DNA of 32,000 bases, from contig NC_013202.1 of assembly GCF_000023965.1 (NCBI RefSeq), positions 210,001 through 242,000 of the forward strand, in the 5' to 3' direction. The stretch is from Halomicrobium mukohataei DSM 12286. GTDB lineage: Archaea > Halobacteriota > Halobacteria > Halobacteriales > Haloarculaceae. A program made the translations under genes and the position numbers. Shown here piece after piece: positions 11,568 to 18,085 of the stretch; the first letter of the stretch is position 1; every line of letters starts with the position of its first letter. Under the pieces are notes generated by a model. It had not been told where the DNA came from. It made no database searches and saw only the letters and a program-made list of their open reading frames with translations.

Positions 11568-11936
11568 ATGCACGTCCTACTCGGAGTCGGGGGCAGCGAT
11601 CTCTCCTATCAGGCCCTCGACGAGACGATCGAACGAGCACGCGAGGCCGGCGACGAGGTGACCGTCGCCGTCTTCGACGGCCACGAGACAGACGCGGGCG
11701 GAGACGAAGTCCAGGAACGGGTCCGCGAGCGGCTCGACGAGACCGGCTTCGAGGCCGAGATCAGACTGCTCAGCGGCGATCCGGGAAGTCGACTCGTCGA
11801 CGTCGCCGAGAGCGAGGGGTTCGACCGGATCGTCCTGGGCAGCGGCGAGCGGTCGACGCTGGGCAAGATCCAGCTCGGTTCGATCGCCGAGTTCGTCCTG
11901 CTGAACGCACAGACCCCGGTGACGCTGATCCGATGA
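11568..11936 (+). CDS. Universal stress protein (UspA family)
   Basis: 122 aa starting at MHVLLGVGGSD. The C-terminal G..G(x9)GS-type motif (VLGSGERSTLGKIQLGSIAEFV) is typical of Usp domains. Confidence 0.8.
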   Translation: MHVLLGVGGSDLSYQALDETIERAREAGDEVTVAVFDGHETDAGGDEVQERVRERLDETGFEAEIRLLSGDPGSRLVDVAESEGFDRIVLGSGERSTLGKIQLGSIAEFVLLNAQTPVTLIR

Positions 11937-12457
11937 CGCGACGCTATCCAGACGAGCCGGCCGGTACGTTCCCGGCACCGCCCCGCCAGGTGACCGACCG
12001 TGAGGGCCGTTCGATCCAGTTGCGACGCGCGGACGCCACCGACCGGACGGCGCTGATCGAGATGTACAAGCAGTTCGATCCCGCCGACCGCGCCCAGGGC
12101 ATCCCGCCGGCCCGCGAGACGGCCATCGAGCGGTGGCTGGAGAACATCCTCGATACGGACCGGTACAACGTCGTCGCGAGCCACGAGGGCGATCTGGTCG
12201 GCCACGCGACGCTGGTCCCCGACGATGACGACGGGTACGAGCTGGCGATTTTCGTCCTCTCGGCGTACCAGGGAGCGGGAATCGGGACCGAACTCGTCGA
12301 GACGCTGCTGGGCCACGGCCAGTCCGAGGGGATCGAGCAGGTCTGGCTCACCGTCGAACGGTGGAACGATCCCGCGATCGCTCTCTACCGGAAGGTCGGC
12401 TTCGAAACGTCGAACAGCGAGCGGTTCGAGCAGGAAATGGCGATCCGGCTCGCTTGA
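11933..12457 (+). CDS. GNAT family N-acetyltransferase
   Basis: 174 aa with acetyl-CoA binding motif A (YQGAGIGTELVETLL) and a downstream ALYRKVGFE motif. Its ATG overlaps the usp TGA (ATGA). Confidence 0.85.
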   Translation: MTRRYPDEPAGTFPAPPRQVTDREGRSIQLRRADATDRTALIEMYKQFDPADRAQGIPPARETAIERWLENILDTDRYNVVASHEGDLVGHATLVPDDDDGYELAIFVLSAYQGAGIGTELVETLLGHGQSEGIEQVWLTVERWNDPAIALYRKVGFETSNSERFEQEMAIRLA

Positions 12458-12714
12458 CCCACGCCGGATCGGTGGAGATGTCGATCCGGCTCGCTTGACT
12501 CACGCCGGATCGGTGGAGATGTCGATCCGGCTCGCTTGACTCACGCCGGATCGGTGGAGATGTCGATCCGGCTCGCTTGACTCACGCCGGATCGGTGGAG
12601 ATGTCGATCCGGCTCGCTTGACTCACGCCGGATCGGTGGAGATGTCGATCCGGCTCGCTTGACTCACGCCGGATCGGTGGAGATGTCGATCCGGCTCGCT
12701 TGACTCACGCCGGA
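12434..12714. repeat. 41-bp direct tandem repeat, 6 full copies plus one 28-nt copy
   Basis: Unit cgatccggctcgcttgactcacgccggatcggtggagatgt starts at 12441, 12482, 12523, 12564, 12605, 12646 and 12687. Copies 2-7 are identical. Copy 1 (one mismatch) is the end of the GNAT ORF. Confidence 0.97.
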
Positions 12715-12719
12715 GCCGC

Positions 12720-13166
12720 CTAGACGGAGAGTACGGGCTGGCTGGCGTACTCGATGACGTACAGCGCCGCGCGGCCGATCGCGTCCACCGAGTCGTCGCT
12801 GCCCGGCTCGCGGGGGACGACGATGAAGTCGGCGTCGAGATCCTCTGCCACGTCGAGAATGACGCTTCCCGGGGACTGGCGGAGCCGCGTCGGCGAGAAG
12901 CCGGCGGCGGTCGAGTGGTTCAGTCCGGCCTCGTGGCCCCGGTCGTCGAGTCGGGACTGCATCTCGGCTGCGAAGACCTGATGCTGGTCGGCGATCGCGT
13001 CGGCGTCGACCTCGTCGGCCTCGATCGCGCGAATCAGCGTCTCGTCGAGGACAAAGAGGAGGTGGATCTCGGCGTCGTAGGCGTCGGCGATGGCCAGCGC
13101 GTACTCGACGGCCGCCTCGGACTGATTGGAGCCGTCCACCGGCGCGAGCACGAGGTCGATGTCCAT
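12720..13166 (-). CDS. Universal stress protein family protein (degenerate ATP-binding motif)
   Basis: 148 aa from the internal ATG (MDIDLVLAPVDGSNQSEAAVEYAL...) of the 12720..13514 ORF. It has Usp-like N-terminal and C-terminal (PVLSV) regions. Confidence 0.75.
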   Translation of the reverse strand: MDIDLVLAPVDGSNQSEAAVEYALAIADAYDAEIHLLFVLDETLIRAIEADEVDADAIADQHQVFAAEMQSRLDDRGHEAGLNHSTAAGFSPTRLRQSPGSVILDVAEDLDADFIVVPREPGSDDSVDAIGRAALYVIEYASQPVLSV

Positions 13167-13189
13167 ACCGGGAGGTGCCACCGGACCAG

Positions 13190-13210
13190 CAAAAAGCCCG
13201 CGGCTTTTTG
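13190..13210. promoter_or_regulatory. Palindrome CAAAAAGCC-cgc-GGCTTTTTG supplying T5 TATA-like boxes to both divergent usp genes
   Basis: A 9-bp perfect dyad centred on 13200, which is exactly midway between the start codons at 13166 (-) and 13234 (+). Each T5 run lies 25-29 nt upstream of its ATG. Confidence 0.5.
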
Positions 13211-13233
13211 ACGCCCCCCGCGGTAGTACCGGT

Positions 13234-13689
13234 ATGTTCGATACCGTCGTCATCGCGACGGACGGCTCCGCAACGGCCGAGCGGGCCGTCACCGCCGCGC
13301 TCGACCTCGCCGGCCAGTTCGACGCGACCGTCCACGCGCTGTACGTCGTCGACTCCGGAGAGGTCGCCGGTTCTCCGGAGGCCGTCCGCGAGGAGTTCGA
13401 GCAGGCGCTCGCGACCACCGGCGGCAAGGCGCTGACGTTCGCTCGGGAGGCCGCCGAGGCCGAGGAAGAGGAGGACGCCGTCGTCACGACCGTCCGCGAG
13501 GGCGATCCCGCCAAAGAGATCTGCCGCTACGCCGAGGAGATCGACGCCGACGTGATCGCCACCGGGACCCGTGGCCGCCACGGCGAACACGGCTACCTGC
13601 TGGGCAGCGTCGCCGAGGGCGTCGTCCGCCGGGCCGAGATGCCCGTGTTGACCGTCCGACAGCTCGAAGAGGCGACGAACGGGCTGTAG
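13234..13689 (+). CDS. Universal stress protein (UspA family)
   Basis: 151 aa starting at MFDTVVIATDGS, with a canonical ATGTRGRHGEHGYLLGSVAEGVVRRAEMPVLTV ATP-binding motif. Confidence 0.85.
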   Translation: MFDTVVIATDGSATAERAVTAALDLAGQFDATVHALYVVDSGEVAGSPEAVREEFEQALATTGGKALTFAREAAEAEEEEDAVVTTVREGDPAKEICRYAEEIDADVIATGTRGRHGEHGYLLGSVAEGVVRRAEMPVLTVRQLEEATNGL

Positions 13690-13732
13690 ACGAGACCGCG
13701 ACCTTCTTTGGCCGTCGCCCGCTGGAACGGGT

Positions 13733-14812
13733 ATGGACGACTGGCTCATCGACGACGAGCGGCTCTCGCTGGAGCGGAAATCGATCCTCCCGGGGGAGGG
13801 ATTCTTCCTCCCGGACTCGATCGAAGAGGAAGAGCAGGAACGCGAGGCCGCCGAGCAGATGGAATCGACCGAGGTCGTCGTCATCGCCGACCCGGACGCC
13901 GACGGGCTGGCCTGCGTCGCGCTCGTTCGCGAGGCGCTTGGCTCGGGATCGCTGGTCCCCGCCGGTCCGCACGAACTCGACGAGGCGCTCGAATGGGCCG
14001 CCGAGTACGTCGAGGCCGACGCCACGCTGGTGATCTGTGATCTCTGTCCCGACAGCGAGAGCGACATCGCCGCTCTCGACGACCTGACCGCTCGCGTCGA
14101 CGACGTGCGCTGGTACGACCACCACCAGTGGAACGAGGACCTCGGCGCGGCGGTCGACGACAGCGGCGTCGACCGTACCGTCGGCGACTCCGACGAGGTC
14201 TGTACCGCGGACGTGGCCCTCGCACAGCTGGAGTACGACTTCGACGACCGTTTCGCCGAACTCGCCGCCGTCACGCGAGACCACGACCTCTGGATCCGCG
14301 ACGACGAGCGCAGCGACGACCTGGCGGACCTGAGCTACTGGATCGAGCCCGAAGAGTACATCGAGGCCGTCCTCGAACACGGCCCCGACCTCTCGCCGGA
14401 GTGGCACGAGTTCATCGAGGAGAAGCGCGTCGAGAAAGAGGCCCTCATCGAGAAGGCCGTCGAGCGCGCCCAGCTGCGCGACGTGGGCGAGTGGACCGTC
14501 GGCGTCACCTACGGCCGCTGCTCCCAGAACGAGGTCGCCGAGGCCCTCCGCGAGCAGGGTGCCGACGCCGCCGTCATCGTCAAGCCCGCCGGCTCGGCCT
14601 CGATTCGGGGCACCGAGACCTTCGAGCGCTGCCACGAGGTCGCCGCCCAGGTCAACGGCGGCGGCCACCCCCGCGCTGCGGGGTGCAAGCCCGACGTGTA
14701 CGACGACATGCTCGACTACGCCCATCACTGGAGTACTCGCGGTGCGGTGGCGAAGCAGGCCATCGTGGACGCGTTCAAGAGACTACCCGAAGAGCCAGAA
14801 GCGGCGGAGTAG
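13733..14812 (+). CDS. DHH/DHHA1 family phosphoesterase (RecJ-like)
   Basis: 359 aa with DHH motifs IADPDADG and YDHHQW, and the DHHA1 motif GGGHPRAAG. Confidence 0.85.
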   Translation: MDDWLIDDERLSLERKSILPGEGFFLPDSIEEEEQEREAAEQMESTEVVVIADPDADGLACVALVREALGSGSLVPAGPHELDEALEWAAEYVEADATLVICDLCPDSESDIAALDDLTARVDDVRWYDHHQWNEDLGAAVDDSGVDRTVGDSDEVCTADVALAQLEYDFDDRFAELAAVTRDHDLWIRDDERSDDLADLSYWIEPEEYIEAVLEHGPDLSPEWHEFIEEKRVEKEALIEKAVERAQLRDVGEWTVGVTYGRCSQNEVAEALREQGADAAVIVKPAGSASIRGTETFERCHEVAAQVNGGGHPRAAGCKPDVYDDMLDYAHHWSTRGAVAKQAIVDAFKRLPEEPEAAE

Positions 14813-14815
14813 CAT

Positions 14816-14869
14816 ACCGCGCCGGAGGCGCGGTTTCACCGGCCTGAACGACGTGAAGGCCGGCTTTTT
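14816..14869 (+). terminator. Two consecutive GC hairpins followed by T-runs, downstream of the DHH gene
   Basis: ACCGCGCC-gga-GGCGCGGT followed by TTT (14816-14836), then CCGGCCT-N11-AGGCCGG followed by C-TTTTT (14839-14869). The first hairpin starts 4 nt after the stop codon. Confidence 0.5.
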
Positions 14870-15008
14870 CGCCACCGGGAGAGCGAGCTCTCCCGAGCCT
14901 CACTTCGCTTCGCTCAGTGAGACCACGTTTTTCGAGGAGTGGTGCGCGAGCGCACCCGACGCTGAAAAAGGTGGGTTTGAAGCGAGCGGGAAACGGACAG
15001 ATAGTCGT

Positions 15009-15464
15009 ATGTCACCTGCCCTCCCTGCGTGGCTGCCAGACCGTCCGGCTATCACCGATTCGCTCACGAGAGCCATCTTCGTCGGTGGTACGCTGTACGT
15101 CGTCGAGAGGTCGCTGTCGTACGCTGCCACCGCCGGGCTGGCCTTTCTCGCTTTACAGTTGCTGGCCGACACCGCCGAGAACGTCGTCGGCGACTACGCC
15201 GACAGCGTTGTCCTCGGGACGCTTATTCTGGGAGCGACCGGCTACGTGGCCGTGCTGGGATCAGCGTTGGGAACTCTCGTCGGCGGCGTCGCCGCTGGTG
15301 GGTGGTTCCTCGCCGACGGCGTCCAGCACCTCCGTCACGGTGTCACGCGAGACGAAGTCGGCGTCCAGTACACACACGAGGGCAGTGCCCTCACCGGACT
15401 CCCGAAGGCGCTACTGGCGCGGCTCGCGGAGCCGTTGTTGCTCGAAACGCGCGACCGCCAGTAG
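15009..15464 (+). CDS. Hypothetical membrane protein (151 aa)
   Basis: Internal ATG (MSPALPAWL...) of the 14559..15464 ORF. It has three to four Gly/Ala/Leu-rich hydrophobic segments. The upstream part of the ORF crosses palindromic spacer DNA. Confidence 0.5.
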   Translation: MSPALPAWLPDRPAITDSLTRAIFVGGTLYVVERSLSYAATAGLAFLALQLLADTAENVVGDYADSVVLGTLILGATGYVAVLGSALGTLVGGVAAGGWFLADGVQHLRHGVTRDEVGVQYTHEGSALTGLPKALLARLAEPLLLETRDRQ

Positions 15465-15471
15465 GACGGCG

Positions 15472-15903
15472 CTACTCGCCGATAACCCACTTCTCGGAGT
15501 ACTTCTCGCCGCAGGGACAGACCGCGTAGGCGTGGATCACGTCGCCGTCCTCGTAGATGCCGCCGACCTCCTCGTTCTGTTCCTCGGCGAAGGCGAAGAC
15601 GAACTTCGCCGTGTGGTTCTCGTCGGGTTCCTCGTCCTCGTTGGGACAGACACCGCCGGTCAGATCGTCAGCGATCTCGCCGTCGGTGGCCATCGCCTCG
15701 CGGGCCAGTCCCATCGGGTCGATGCCGGTGGCCGACTGGAAGGCGCTGCGCCCCTGATCGCCGTCGATCACCAGCACCATGCCGTCCTCGACATCCTCCG
15801 CGTACTCCGCGAGGGCGTCGGCGTTGCCGACCGCGTCCTCGTGCAGGAAGAAGGCCACGTCCTCGATGCGCTCGCCCGCCAGGAATTCGGTGCGCTTGCT
15901 CAT
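15472..15903 (-). CDS. Conserved hypothetical acidic protein (143 aa) with a C-terminal CPCG motif
   Basis: A clean 143-aa ORF with GC-rich third positions and haloarchaeal acidic composition. I recognised no catalytic motif. Confidence 0.6.
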   Translation of the reverse strand: MSKRTEFLAGERIEDVAFFLHEDAVGNADALAEYAEDVEDGMVLVIDGDQGRSAFQSATGIDPMGLAREAMATDGEIADDLTGGVCPNEDEEPDENHTAKFVFAFAEEQNEEVGGIYEDGDVIHAYAVCPCGEKYSEKWVIGE

Positions 15904-15995
15904 ACACTGTGTGTGACCGCTTGCGGGGAAAAGCCTCGCGGCTCGTCCGGCCGAAATGACAGTATCTATTGTGACGCCGCTGTCAGCAATCTCGT

Positions 15996-16157
15996 ATGGT
16001 CTTCGAACTGATTGCCGGATTCGTCGCTCTCGTCGCCGCGTCGTACATTGGGACGACGATGGCCCTCCGAGGCTACTTTGGCGCGACGTCGTTCGACCGA
16101 GTTCAGCGGCGAGAGTCGGGGGAACCTAACGACGATGATTCGTCAGCGGACGACTGA
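15996..16157 (+). CDS. Candidate small membrane protein (53 aa): one TM helix plus an acidic tail
   Basis: ATG at 15996 and TGA at 16155-16157 give MVFELIAGFVALVAASYIGTTMALRGYFGATSFDRVQRRESGEPNDDDSSADD. It is below the ORF-track cutoff. Third positions are GC-rich, and an AT-rich atctatt lies about 25-30 nt upstream. Confidence 0.35.
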   Translation: MVFELIAGFVALVAASYIGTTMALRGYFGATSFDRVQRRESGEPNDDDSSADD

Positions 16158-16266
16158 GGGTTTCCGATGCAGTCGTGTGCAGTTGGCATTCGCGCGAACG
16201 AGCGGTCCGAAGGACCCGGCAGTTCGCGCGATTCACTCCGAGCGCGCCGAAGGCGCGGCTCGGAGG

Positions 16267-16336
16267 TGTTTTTGTACTAAATTTTTGCGAGCGGGGGTGC
16301 CCGCAGCGAAGCGAGGACACCCTCCGAAGTAAAAAT
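16267..16336. terminator. Bidirectional T-run/hairpin terminator zone between the convergent small ORF and arlJ
   Basis: The plus strand has TTTTT at 16269-16273 and 16282-16286. The minus strand has TTTTT (A5 at 16331-16335) immediately after the arlJ stop. GC hairpins such as GCGGG-ggtg-CCCGC lie between them, and AAATTTTT / AAAAATTT form complementary ends. Confidence 0.5.
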
Positions 16337-18085
16337 TTAGATGCCGATAAACTGCGTCACCAGCCACTTGGTGGCGATCGAGGTGACGCTGCCGATCCAG
16401 GCCAGCAGGACGAAGTGCATGTAGGTGTTGCCCTTGTGGCCGCCGTCGACGGTGCGGACCATCAGCGCCGACAGCATCGCGCCGAACATGATGATGATGA
16501 TCAGCAGGAACTCGATCAGCGGGATGTTGTAGACGCTGGTGTTGATCAGGGTGCTGGCGTCGAACCCGGCGTTCGAGGAGAGGTTCAGCGACATCGACGA
16601 GAGGATGTTGACGACCTGCAGGCCGATGAAGAAGGCGAACGTCGACGCCGCAGTGATACCGTACAGGAGCCCGATCAGGGTCGTTGCGGCCTGGTTGCGC
16701 TGAGTGCGCAGCGCCTGGATCTCGTTCATGTTGGCCGCGATCAGTTCGCCCAGCAGTTTCGGCGAGCCGCCCATCTCGCGGCCGATAAGGTACATCTCCG
16801 AGAACGTCTGAATCAGGTACGATCGGCAGTCGGCGGTGAAGTATCGCCAGGCCTCGGCGGGCTCGATGCGCATGTTGAGTCGCTTGTAGAGGTCGTCGAC
16901 GTTGGGCGACAGCGCGCCGAAGTCCTTCTCTCGGAGCGTTCGCAGGACCATCGAGGTGGTCGACTGCTTCGCGCCTTCGGTCGCGCCCAGCGCGCGGATG
17001 AAGCTCGGGAACTGGTCGTCGCGACCCTTGATCCGCTGTTCCTCCTGTCGGATGACGATCCCGGGAATCAGCAGTGGCGTGATCGGGATGGCGGCGTACA
17101 TCGAGAGCGGGACCCGATCGAGGAAAAAGAGGAGGTCACCCACCGTGATCGGTGAGACGCCGAACATCCCCCCCAGCGAGATGAAGATGAGGACGGCGGT
17201 GAGAGCGACACCGACGTAGGTCGCCTTCTCGATGCGGTTCTCGACGTCGGAGGGGTAGTCGTCGGGGTGGAACCACACCGGATCGTAGGGGGCCATCGAG
17301 CGGATCGCGAGGTAGAAGCCAGACTGGACGAAGATGTACATGACGATGACGGCGCTGACGGTCATGGTCGGGTCGGTCCCGGTCAACACCGGCAGGACGA
17401 CGGCGAACACGAGCGCGAACGTCATCGAGAGGACCATCGACAGGTAGAGGTCCTTCATCACTTCGAGGTTGTCCAGCGTCCCCTCGTACACCGTCGTGTA
17501 GTTCTGGATGATCTGCTCCTGTTCGCTGAGGAGGTAGTCCTCCAGGGACTGGCCGGCACCGAGCGTGTACGCGAGTCGGTCGAGGAAGTCAGAGACCGCC
17601 GCCGAGGGGACTTCCTTGGCGCGGCGGCGGCAGGCGTCGTCGAGGCTCTGGTTCCAGGTGTCGACCAGCTCGACGATCCGGTGCATCTCGTTTGCCAGTT
17701 CGCCGTACTCCTCTTCCTGTGCCAGCGTCCGGAACACCTCCATGCGGTCGATCTTCGTCGTCGCCAGCACCGTCATGTGGGTGACCAGCAGGTGAAAGCG
17801 GTTGTTGAGCTGGCTGCGACGCTGTGAGATGAGGATCTTGGGGTAGAAGATCGCCGCGGCCATCGCCAGGAACCCCAGCATCGGGATCGGGGCCCGGATC
17901 ATCATCGGCAGATCGAGCACCAGCGCGGCGACGGCGCTCAGCAGGAAGAAGGCAATCGCCGGCAGCAAAATGAAAAAGAGGTACCGCTGCAGCGGAATGT
18001 GCATCTGCCGGTACGCGTCCAGCAGGTCGTCGAAGATCTCGGACAGCGTCAGGTTCAGGGAGTTTTCCGCTTCGTTGGATGCCAT
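16337..18085 (-). CDS. arlJ: Archaellum assembly membrane protein ArlJ (FlaJ)
   Basis: 582 aa, polytopic, with duplicated T2SS-F/TadC-like architecture. It is the last gene of the arl accessory operon, and its ATG shares one base with the arlI stop. Confidence 0.9.
   Translation of the reverse strand: MASNEAENSLNLTLSEIFDDLLDAYRQMHIPLQRYLFFILLPAIAFFLLSAVAALVLDLPMMIRAPIPMLGFLAMAAAIFYPKILISQRRSQLNNRFHLLVTHMTVLATTKIDRMEVFRTLAQEEEYGELANEMHRIVELVDTWNQSLDDACRRRAKEVPSAAVSDFLDRLAYTLGAGQSLEDYLLSEQEQIIQNYTTVYEGTLDNLEVMKDLYLSMVLSMTFALVFAVVLPVLTGTDPTMTVSAVIVMYIFVQSGFYLAIRSMAPYDPVWFHPDDYPSDVENRIEKATYVGVALTAVLIFISLGGMFGVSPITVGDLLFFLDRVPLSMYAAIPITPLLIPGIVIRQEEQRIKGRDDQFPSFIRALGATEGAKQSTTSMVLRTLREKDFGALSPNVDDLYKRLNMRIEPAEAWRYFTADCRSYLIQTFSEMYLIGREMGGSPKLLGELIAANMNEIQALRTQRNQAATTLIGLLYGITAASTFAFFIGLQVVNILSSMSLNLSSNAGFDASTLINTSVYNIPLIEFLLIIIIMFGAMLSALMVRTVDGGHKGNTYMHFVLLAWIGSVTSIATKWLVTQFIGI

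Noticed and set aside
12434-12714. The 41-bp array as a CRISPR locus
   Set aside because: The units are directly abutting with no unique spacers. The period of 41 bp equals the repeat length, and no cas genes or leader are nearby.
12475-12714. Six repeated mini-ORFs (MSIRLA*) preceded by GGTGGAG as translated leader peptides
   Set aside because: The GGAG abuts the ATG with no spacing, and the mini-ORF is simply a copy of the last six codons of the GNAT gene (MAIRLA*). It is most economically a duplication relic. It is kept only as a testable aside in the finding.
12664-14728. Long minus-strand ORFs 12664..14274 (536 aa) and 13484..14728 (414 aa) spanning the usp and DHH genes
   Set aside because: Ser/Arg/Ala-rich low-complexity translations. 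They cross a divergent promoter and are antisense to ORFs with clear Usp and DHH motifs.
14863-14872. GGCTTTTTCG as another T5 TATA box like those upstream of the usp genes
   Set aside because: No ATG or plausible start lies 25-30 nt downstream. The T-run directly follows a 7-bp GC hairpin just after the DHH stop, so it fits a terminator better.
16012-17155. Plus-strand ORFs 16012..16332 (106 aa) and 16175..17155 (326 aa)
   Set aside because: The first runs through palindromic spacer DNA in an Arg-rich frame. The second starts in the spacer and continues antisense to arlJ. A different frame holds the compact 53-codon ORF reported instead.
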